In this document: positions 54,029-64,000 of the stretch, piece after piece
How the letters are laid out: every line of letters starts with the position of its first letter
Numbering within the stretch: position 1 is the first letter of the stretch
Source of the DNA: Trichinella spiralis
Lineage: Eukaryota
Assembly: GCF_000181795.1 (NCBI RefSeq)
Contig: NW_003526945.1
Coordinates: 4,911,282-4,975,281, forward strand
Direction: 5' to 3'
DNA length: 64,000 nt
The notes under the pieces: model-generated
Told to the model about the DNA's origin: nothing
The model's input: only the letters and a program-made list of their open reading frames with translations
Databases searched by the model: none
Made by a program: the position numbers and the translations under genes

Positions 54029-57000
54029 CACACACACACACACTCCAAAGGTCAGTTCAGAGGCGCTGCCTCTGAATCTGGTGATTTTGATTTATGTTGG
54101 CAGCTCGTGTTCAGCTAGTTATAAAGATAACGCAGGCGAGTTTTCAAAATCTGCTTGCTTTGTTTAGCAGAATTGGGCGTGGCTTTGACATTATTCTATT
54201 TAAGACCGGATGCAAGCGCAGCAGTGAACGAATCTCTACTGGTGTCGCTCAAGAATGCATGATGCCCAATACTGAAGACCGCCTGCCAAACATCACATCA
54301 GCAAAACCAGCTGTTATGAGATGTTCAACGCTCATATCAGATGCAACAGAGTGCAATTAGCCAATATATTTGCCAAGCAATGATGCATTCTTTGCTCGTG
54401 TGTCATTCATGTAGTTGACTAGATTTCAAATTTTCCCAACTGCATCATTACGCAACTGCGCAAGCTGAACAACCTTTCTTTTATTAATTACTATTCCAAG
54501 TTCTCTGTAGGAAATATTTCAATCCTAATTTCATGCAAATTGTATGCGGACATATTCATTCTGCACGTTCGACTTTTTAAATATTTTTCTAATTTACAAT
54601 AATGTAATGCATTTTTAGCTTTTTCTCAGCCATTACAAGGTGTAAAAAGGTCAAAATAGTGCAGATTGAAATTACTCAACCTATTATGGTACATGAGTAT
54701 CAATGTTAATAATTTTACTACTGTACATAATTAATATGCAGCAACAATAGTATAGTTTGGATTATAGAAGACATTTCGTTCTGTGACTTTGCAATTCAAC
54801 TTCAACTGAAATTTCCTGAAAAGTTTTTATGAGTGAGCCTAATTTTTTAATGGGCATTTTATCCAGACAACGATACTCATTTTGTCATCTTTCAAAAGAT
54901 AAATGATTATCTTTTCCATCAACAGCAGTACATTCATTTTCACAACTTATATTCAGTATAAAATAATAATTGCTCGGGAGCTAAAACTGTAACTATACGT
55001 TAATGAAAATTTTGATATATTGATTCATATATATTAATAGACGTTGTAGATGAGAAATGATTTCATTTATATAGTAGTTTACTGAAATGGATTACTTTTA
55101 TTTTGTGTTGCTTTAATTTAGCTAAAATATCAAAGATAGAAATAATATTGCTCATTTTGATTGAAACATTAGTAAAACACAACATACACTTGCAGCGCAC
55201 AACATACACACACAATCATACATAACAACTGATACTTGTTGTTATAAAATGCTCGTAGCTGAATATACAAAATTTTCTGAAACGGTGCATATTATCAATA
55301 TCAATGTTTCCTTGATGTCTCTGTCATAAAAGTTCTTTTGAAAATTCTCAAATTCATAATTCAAAGTATGTAAGTCCATCTATATTAGTAACATGGTAAC
55401 GTTCAGTTGGTAAATTTCTTTCACAAAATATTTTATATTTCTTGGATTTCAAGAACAAACGTTAACGCGCAACATATAATATTGACATGACTGAAAAATA
55501 AAATTAAATCTATACATGTGCTGTTATAAATTTGAACTTACTTGTCATTTCTAATTAAATACTGTAAAGTATCGATTTCATCGTTCAGGTTCACATTTCA
55601 CATAATAAAAAATCAAAAATTCACTTAAGAAAAGCATAACGTATGATAAAAATGTTCCATTGTATTAAATTTGTAATAGCAAAAGACCAGAAGCAGATTT
55701 TTCAGCATAATTTGGATGAAATTTTTGAATTCAACGAAATAAATCCTTTGAAATGCTTGATAGGTGAAAAAAGAAATAATTAATTACGCATCATTTATAT
55801 GTAAACAGTTTGATAAATTGAATAACATCTATCAATTGCATTCATTTATGATATTTGTGTAGAGTGATTTACGAGAAGCTGAAAAAAGCTTTCAATGAAA
55901 AGTGTTCATCCACGCAAAAATATTATATTGAAAATTGTTATTTTAAAAATGTAAATGAACAAACAGTTAGAAGAGATCAGTTAGGCAAGTTTAATGAAAT
56001 TTACATTATCATATGCGAAGATTTGCTAAAGAGTGCGTATGAAATATTGATTAAACAATTAAAAATAAGAGTTACTTACCATACACGGGTTGTTCAGCTT
56101 GAATTGTGTGAGTTAAAGCGAATAAAAGAAAACTGCCCATGGCAATAGTTACTAATGGGCATGACAGCATGTCATTCAGCTGGCATAAAAAATGGGAATA
56201 ATTTTCAAATTTACTTAGTAAATTGAAGGTAGTATGACTTTCGACTTGACACTTTGTATAAAGAATATTCCACAGTGGACGGGGTATTCATGCTAGGAAT
56301 AAGGAATAAGCTAAATGGCAATTATCAACTTTTCGGCCGTCAACGTCGGTGCAAGGCAGGTCAAAGTCGTCCGTCTTTTCTATTGCCAGCGGCAGCTGTT
56401 GCTGCTTTGTTGTCTGGATGAAGCTTGCAAGAAACTCACTTTTCAGCTCTTGCAGTTTCTACCTCCCTCCCCCCACTTTCTCAGCCGACTGCATTTTCGT
56501 TGCACTTCAACGTTTCGTTGGAGCTGCTCGCGTCCAATTTGCAGGCTCCTGATAGCCTGGAGAAATTTTATCGCCCTTGCCTGCTTCAAACAGGGGACGA
56601 AGAGCCGCAGGAAGACACATGCTGGTCGCTTTTAAACGCTTCAGCTATTTGAAACGTCAAAAGTAATCGATACACACTTTTCCTCTATCATTTGGACATA
56701 GGATGGTCGAAATGGCCAAGTCGAATGACAATTAGAAAATTGACAGATGTGCATGGTCGTCTATTTTGTCAGTCTGAATAGAAAGGAAACCACTGCTTAA
56801 CTACTTAGCCTTGTATATTTGTCATTTTGATGTATAAAAAAGAAAAAAAACATCTTCATTAACATAATAATTATTTGTGGTCGGCTATTTTATTTTCAGC
56901 TGTTCTGAATGGTAGACTCAGTTCGATTCTATTCAGCGCAGAAACTGAAAAGCTTTCTTTGATGAATTTTCATGCAAACAGACAATTTACTGTTGCTGAA

Positions 57001-58115
57001 GAATTCATAAAAACTTGTTGTCAATTCAAAGAATGCTTAATCATTTCGTAAACTGCTGAAAACTTTGAACGTTCATTAGAATTTTCTTTGATCTTCATGA
57101 ACATTTTATAAAATAATTTGCAGTGATCAAACTTTCTTTCACTGAACCATTTCAAAGCAGTAATTGTTCACTTTTTATGTCGGTGTGTAGTTCATTTAAA
57201 AGTGATTAATAGCGAAATTTTCATTTCATTCAAATAAATATCTGATCAACTGAACAAACGTGAACTATTGGACAACAATGCTTATAAATCCTATACATGT
57301 AAGCATATGTAGAGAGGAGAATGTAGATATTATTTGCAAAAGTGCTGATTGTTGAATGACGCAGCTGCCCTTGAGAAAATTCTCAATAAATTCATCAAGA
57401 TAATTTCTATATCATAAACACTTCTCACTATGTCACAAAGAAAATTAATTTTGGCTTTTGATAAATAAAAACGCCAAAGCACGATGCACTTACTATTTCA
57501 CATATACCAACCATCATAATATAGTTTATTAACAGTTTAATTTACAGATTTAATTTAGTTTAGATTTAATTTAATTTAGTTTACAGAATCAAGTTGTATT
57601 CTATTGTAATAATTACCTTCTCTTATCATATTTCGTTTCTTTTTTATTTCAGTTACATTGTTTCCACGTTTTCTCCGTAACAAGTTTTTTAAAGATACAA
57701 GATAAAAATTACATAAATACACTTGTAAACAACATTGGGTATTGTTCTATTTATGCCTAAGGTAGGTAGGTAATACATGGTATATGTTAAAGTCATTGAA
57801 GTGTGTAATTATAACCGAAATTGCATGAAATCATTATTACATTTATAAATGACCTGTATACTGTAAAGTGTCAGTTATTATCCATCCATCTTTTACAGAC
57901 ATAGTAGTTAGTTGCATGTCTTTCAAACTCTTCACGGAAACTTTTAAAATAAATCACCATAGAATGTGCAGAATGAACTTTTTTAAATTTCAGTTTCTAT
58001 TAATATTTCAATTAATTTAAACGCTTCAATTAAACATTCTGACTATGCCAAAAACAGTGGTATATAAGAAAAATGTCAATTTTCTGAAAGCACTTTTTCA
58101 AGAAAAGATTTCTCA

Positions 58116-59390
58116 TCAGTGATAACATTGATATTTCAAAACAAGTCGATTTTCAAAATTAATATTTTCACAAATATTTTTTCTTCGGTTGAATTTAATG
58201 AACGGAAATTGGTGCAGTTTTTTAAATAATAATCTATGCCGTAACTTTTGCCTAATAATGATCGATGTTCTTCTGAAAGCCAACATTTCCGCCATTTTGA
58301 ACAAGTGAGTGTTATTTTTGCAAGAAATATCATTGAGCAGTTGGATTTTTATTCCTCGTTTGTTGGAAGTCTTCAACTGAAGATGAATCAATATTGGAAT
58401 CAGTGTAAAATTTTCCACAATTTCAATGCTCAACGACGGATGAATTCTCTTGACAACCCCTGATCAAGCAGAAGAGAGGGATAATTTTTACCAGATTTTC
58501 TTCTTGAAATGTCATACCGTAGTGTTGTTGTTGTTCATCATTTATCCCAGCGGAATTTGAAAAGCAGCTAGTTGTAATAATAATATTGTTCATTTCGAGA
58601 AATGATGGAAATGTTCCAAATAAGACGACTTTCACACAGTAATACCCACCCACGAGCAGCATATGAAACTCACATTTTGGACAAACTCGAATCACACAGT
58701 TAAATTTGCAGTTCATTTGCTAATGTCGTTCATTCGTTGGTTAAATTACTTTTGTGCTTGTTTTTCTACAGTTAAATTGCTTGTTTGTTACCGTTCCAGT
58801 CTGCATATTTTACTATAAAGGACAGTACACGAAAGAAGTTCATAAATAATGTGTATGAAAAAATAAGAAGTTCCTGTTTATTTACTACAACAGTTCAGTA
58901 AAATAAAGTACAACAATGGAAAAACGCTTTTCATATCCTTCAATTGGTGCATTACTGTACAATTGTGAAATTTCAGTACATTCTTCATTTGGTGATAATA
59001 AGATTTTTCTTTTTTTTGTTGAACTTCTACATCATATAATGATGATAATGTTGATATGAAATTTGACGTTGACCTGATTTTTTCACACTGCCTCTCAACC
59101 TCTTGATTGACGAAAATGATGATTTTTTACCGGTTATGCAGGATACGGTTCAGAGAAGACAATTCCGTTTCAAGGTAATTTGGGGGTTTTGGAAAATTTT
59201 TCAAGTCGACAAAATATACGGCCAGTGCCGTAAAAACGACAATGCCAACGTAACCCAGATGATGCACAAAGTCGGCCAAGGTGTCTCTCCACTTTGGCGT
59301 TGCAGAAAATAACAACTCTGAAAAAGCCTGAGGTGGTTTTCTTGGCACGCCCAACTGGTCCTGGAGCGGCGAATCAGTGCGCGTCCAGAG
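58116..59390 (-). CDS. Putative single-TM protein, weak resemblance to C3orf33
   Basis: Three exons (about 59390-59131, 58567-58518, 58459-58116) join in frame across GT-AG introns. A TM segment LGYVGIVVFTALAVYFV is followed by GVVKRIHPSLSIEIVENFTLIPILIHLQLKTSNKRGIKIQL. No clean start codon was found. Confidence 0.4.
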
Positions 59391-59452
59391 CTGAAAAAGA
59401 TCGTCTCCATTCGTCCACTGATCACTTTGCTATTCCAAGCTGTACCGTCGTC

Positions 59453-59785
59453 ATGGCGAACCCGAATGTCTGCTTGCTTTTCGCACTGGTCTGCTGCGCT
59501 TTGGGCATGGCACGCGGCGAACGCGAACCCAACTGCGACCACGCCCCCGACATCTGCACCAGAGAATACAATCCCCTCTGTGGAACTGACGGCAAAACAT
59601 ACAGCAACCAGTGCATGCTCTGCGCCGTGAAAGCCGATTCCAAGCCTGATCTGCGAATCGCATCCGACGGTATTAAACATCATTATGCATTTTTTCCACT
59701 TCTCACATCACAACTGTTTATTTTTCGCTTTGTTTCTTATTCATCGTGCATTTTATTCATCATTGCAGGTCCTTGTCCGAAATGA
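59453..59785 (+). CDS. Secreted single-domain Kazal-type serine protease inhibitor, 77 aa, P1 Arg
   Basis: Signal peptide MANPNVCLLFALVCCALGMARG, then Kazal domain CDHAPDICTREYNPLCGTDGKTYSNQCMLC...IASDG|PC. Exons 59453-59669 and 59769-59785. Confidence 0.93.
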   Translation: MANPNVCLLFALVCCALGMARGEREPNCDHAPDICTREYNPLCGTDGKTYSNQCMLCAVKADSKPDLRIASDGIKHHYAFFPLLTSQLFIFRFVSYSSCILFIIAGPCPK

Positions 59786-60103
59786 AGAAGATCAATTCGA
59801 AAATACACTGCATGCAATTTTAACTAGCCGGATATTGCTTCAATTTGATCAATGCCAATCAGTGGATTTTACGTAGACTGTGGTAATGCACGAATTGTTA
59901 TTTTCTTCTTCTCTTCCTTCTGAATGCGTTCATTAATTAGCCTTTGAATGGATCATTAAAAAATTCGCAACCTGATTCTATCAATCGGTGTTCAGTAGTT
60001 TTTTGTTTTCGCATTAATCAAATAAAAAAGCAATCATTTTCAACAAACGATAAATCATGTTTAATTTTATTAAATGAAATCACAAACAGCAATCTGTTCA
60101 CCG

Positions 60104-61747
60104 CTATCGTTTGGCATTAAGAGAACGACGTTGTTTGAACAGCGATACTTTCTTCGGCGCCGAGCTCTGCACAGCAGCATTCGACAGTGAAGATGCCGGC
60201 TCGTCGCCCGGTTTCTCCTACAATATTATTCATCTTTTAATTTCACTGCATGATTCACGCAAAACTCGCCTCCTGCAACATACCTGTACAACAGATGAAA
60301 CTACTGGCTTTACATTGCCATGAGATGTACCAAGAAATGTCATGGCGGAAAATTCCTCATTCTCCTCGAGTTCCTCTTCCGAAGTCTAATAATCAACCCT
60401 TTAATTATTTACAAAAACGTTAAAATAAATAAATCCTAGAACATCTCGGCTATTGAAATTCGCTATCCTTTTTCATCTAATCAATTCTTACATCGTCGCT
60501 GACAGTTGTTGACGAACTATGATCACATTCACTTTCTTTAGCACTGCCAGAACCATCACTAGATGCTAAACAAATTATATAACATAGCAAATAATTGAAC
60601 GTATATTATACTGAACGGCAACTATGCAAAAATAAACAACGTCATTATGTTTCTAAGCAAATAAAAATTTGCAACTTACGCTTGCCTTGAGTCATCTGTA
60701 AATATTCATGTTCGGATATCTCTTCTATTATCTCGACCTCGCCAGATTCAGCAACAAGTGATTCCACTGCCTTCAGGTCCAGGTTGCATAGAGCTAATTC
60801 TTTATCCAAATGCTCCAGCTCTTCACGTATGTCTACAAAAGAAAAAAGCTTCCCATCAGTGCGTAATACATGCATAAGTAATTTCAAATATTGGACACAA
60901 TTTGAACTTTATTATCAATAACTATCCAAGTTTACCAAAATGGAATAGTGCAGAAACTGAAAGAAACTCTCTGTGAAAACAATGTGACTAATGTTAAACT
61001 GTATCAAATATCAAACAACGGATCTTGCTAAATTTAATATCCAATACATGAATTTTCTCTTTGAACAAATAAACGCACTTTTCAAACGACTATCAATAAT
61101 CACTGCAGCAGAAGATGCAGACTGCTTCGCTAGAACACCAGTTCCGACGTGCACCTCAATTTCATTGGTATGATTCAGCTCTCCAATAAAAAACCCTTTC
61201 TTGGATAGAGGAACCTGAAATAATGCAAATTTCTATTCATCCTAAAGTACTACTTCGTAATATATGTGAGTATTGCAATACATTGTATAAAAAGAAATGT
61301 TTATTACAACATTAAAAGTAAACTGATAAAAATCAAAGTATTAAAAATTTCAGCATAAAAAACATTTACCTGTGTTTTGTAAACAAGCTTTTCAGGCAAA
61401 GAACAGATCGTATTCTTCAGAATCGAATATTCCTCTATCAACTTATTCCTGAACAATTATAATTTCAACGTTTTCAGAAACAAAACATCAGTGAACAGTT
61501 CTTTAACATCTTTAGAAAAGAAACTTTTGGAAACAGTTTAAAGTTATTTTCATCCATTTCCAATATATAATTATAAAAAAATCATATTACTTACAGCTCT
61601 GTTTTCTTTTCTTCTATATCGGCTTTCGCATTTCCAATTTTTTTGTAGGTAAGACTGTGAATATATACAATTCAACTGAATTCAGATTAAGTTTTCAAAG
61701 CAACTTGAAAAATTTTCTTACTTCGAATAAACATCACTATCGTCCAT
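60104..61747 (-). CDS. URI1: Unconventional prefoldin RPB5 interactor (URI1/uri-1)
   Basis: Prefoldin-alpha segment EYSILKNTICSLPEKLVYKTQVPLSKKGFFIGELNHTNEIEVHVG..AKQSASSA..IIDSR, then GEVEIIEEI and an acidic region. The C-terminal KKVSLFKQRR matches the URI box. Confidence 0.88.
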
Positions 61748-62474
61748 CTTTCACATGAATTCTATAAAATTAGCAGCTAATAGGCAACAATGTCAATTGT
61801 TAATATAAACTGTTGAATGTTAGTTTACAGTAAAAGTGTAAATTTTAAAATATTTAAAAAATATTTATTTATTACTGCCTTATATTTGGAACCTAAAACA
61901 TTATTATAATATAAAAACCCTACTACCGATATGATTGATGACCTACAGTAGGAATATTTTCGGAAGAAATAAAACCAGTATTCACATTTCCAGGATCATC
62001 ATTAAATATTAAAAATTAAAACAAAATATGTCCACATCCTAACTTATACTATCAAAAAGGCATAAATATTTCATCTATTCTCAAGGACAACGAAAAGAAC
62101 TTTGAAAAGCATGTACAAATAATGGATGGATACTGTAAACGCGTCTGTAGACGGTGGCATCAATTGCGACAAATGAAATAGAAGTGTGTTGAAGTTGTAT
62201 CATTTAGTTTTACAAAAGATTTGAAATATTTAACTTTAATATCAATTTAAAGCTTCAAAGTAAAGAAATTTGTCTTTTATTTCTTTTATTCTTAAGTTAA
62301 CACACGAATGTTTGTTTCTGTTTTATCTTTTCTTGTCGAAAATGTTAGTAATTTAAAATGATGAAATGAGTTAACCGTCGAATATGGTGAATTCAAATCT
62401 GCTAAAACAATTATTTATTTGTTTCTTTTGTACTTCTGGTATAATTTCAATAATGTTTATCATAGAATTTTGCG
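61748..62474. promoter_or_regulatory. Probable bidirectional promoter between URI1 and CDT1
   Basis: The two divergent ATGs are only about 730 bp apart. Confidence 0.55.
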
Positions 62475-64000
62475 ATGTCACGTATCAAGAAAGACAGTGG
62501 ACAGCTGAAAATAACAAATTTTTATCCGAACAGTCGCAGTTTGCCTTTTATAAGCCCTTTGGGAAAAAAATCGAAATTAATTGCATCTGATTCTAATGAA
62601 CAAGTTGTAAGTTGATTTTAAGAATAAACAGTTTTCTACGATATTTAAAATCTGTTTAATATAGGAATCAACTTTGTCTGAAAAGTGGAATTTCATGAAA
62701 CCGTACGATGAACCTCGTAGAAAGCGCACTGCAGTGGCTCGTCTAACTAAAACGGCTATAGGTAAAACATCGGGTAGTGAGCGTCCAACAAAAGCAAGGC
62801 AGCTTCATTTCGGCAGTGATAATGTAATGATTTTTTTTTTGATTTTGAATATCATCATCACTTGATATTTAGTGTGAATTTGGCACATTTCACTCGAAAG
62901 ACTCTGCATCGTCAGTTTCTAGCACTTCTGTCAATGGCATTGTTTTGTCACCAAAAGTAAACGATTAATTTTAATAATATCATGCTGTAACAGCTGAACG
63001 ATTTCTTTTAGGGAAAATCTGGAGGTTTGTCTTACGATGTGGATACTTTGCGAAATTGTTTGAAGAAAAGTGGAGCACGTAAAAATTTGAGTGCGGCTTT
63101 AAAAAATTACGAAGAAAACACAAATAGTCGTCTCGGAAACTTTATCAGTGCTCACGTTTCTCCAAAGAAATCACTATCTAGTGATTTCCAATCACCAAAG
63201 TATTATTCCAGTTCTTTTATTAGTTTTTTAAAAAAACTAAATTTGCGTCATATTTTATTATTTAGATGGGATGTTGCGTTTATGGGTCGTTACATTTGTA
63301 TATTACAATCGAGTTCTTTAATTTTAGATAATTACAGTGTCACTTAATGTTAATTTTTCTTTTTTTTTGAATTGTAATTGTTAGCTGAAAGCTGTTAGCA
63401 GCTGCAATTAAGAAATGTAAAAATAGCAGTGAATTCTACAGTATGCATGATGTGCAAGAATAATTGTTAAGGAACAGTTGAGTGATGTTTTGAAATTGAT
63501 TTTAATACATTGATACAAATGTAGTGTTCAGTTTGAAGTAAGCAAATGTGCACTGTAAAAATTCCCTTAAAATAAAATTTTTTAAATTGCCAATTTCAGA
63601 AAATTTGATTCACCACCAGCGCACGAGCAGCTGGCATCATTGGCTTCTGAACAGTCAGAATTAGCTTTGCCTGGGCATTTTTCCTTTTTGTTGGACACAT
63701 TTCGAGCTATGGATTTGGTAATATCGCTGTGTAATCGACGTGATCTGGTAACATTTGAAAATGTGAAAAAAAGTGTTGAGAAGCTTAATCGAAGGTTGGC
63801 ATGGGAGCAAAAGTTTTTACAATCATTGCATAATTGTTCTTAATTTAGAACTTTCACTCTACATCATCTCGGACAAATTAAGACTATTTATCCGAATGCG
63901 TATACCTTCAAGGTGAAAGAAAAGTCACGTGAATTTCGTAATATGGATGGTTCATATTATGATTTTATAATTATACCGAACGTCGATGATGGTAAATTGC
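62475..64000 (+). CDS. CDT1: DNA replication licensing factor Cdt1 (5' part, runs off the window)
   Basis: Exon 62475-62606 encodes MSRIKKDSGQLKITNFYPNSR (PIP degron). Later exons encode the geminin-binding winged-helix LPGHFSFLLDTFRAMDLVISLCNRRDLVTFENVKKSVEKLNRRTFTLHHLGQIKTIYPNAYTF. Confidence 0.9.

Noticed and set aside
59201..59683. 160-aa minus-strand ORF over the Kazal gene
   Set aside because: Mostly an antisense shadow of the GC-rich Kazal exon.
1..64000. Prokaryotic-type systems (CRISPR arrays, operons, IS elements, defence islands) and rRNA/tRNA genes
   Set aside because: The sequence is intron-rich eukaryotic DNA. I saw no regularly spaced repeats, transposase or RT motifs, or structural RNA signatures.

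Overview
Eukaryotic, AT-rich genomic DNA with many short (about 55-70 nt) GT-AG introns and TTTCAG-type acceptors. It is most consistent with a nematode, probably clade I (Trichinella-like); this is inferred from composition and gene content. Splicing exons by hand gives these genes, left to right: two tandem paralogues that look like catalytically dead Sts-1/UBASH3-type histidine phosphatases; the ciliary transition-zone gene TMEM107 with two X-boxes upstream; RNF207 (RING/B-box/coiled coil); a paired-domain-only Pax gene; a UDP-glucuronosyltransferase; an F-BAR/C1/RhoGAP gene (ARHGAP29/45, spv-1-like); a 5xCUB-LDLa-TM gene (lev-10 architecture) with a small eat-18-like membrane microprotein in its 5' region; a possible C3orf33-like gene; a secreted single-domain Kazal inhibitor; URI1; and, head-to-head with URI1, the 5' part of CDT1 with a PIP degron. 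Two N-gaps at about 35.4 and 36.6 kb flank a probable assembly duplication. I found no rRNA, tRNA, CRISPR array or intact transposase. All homology calls are from motif recognition by eye; no searches were run.
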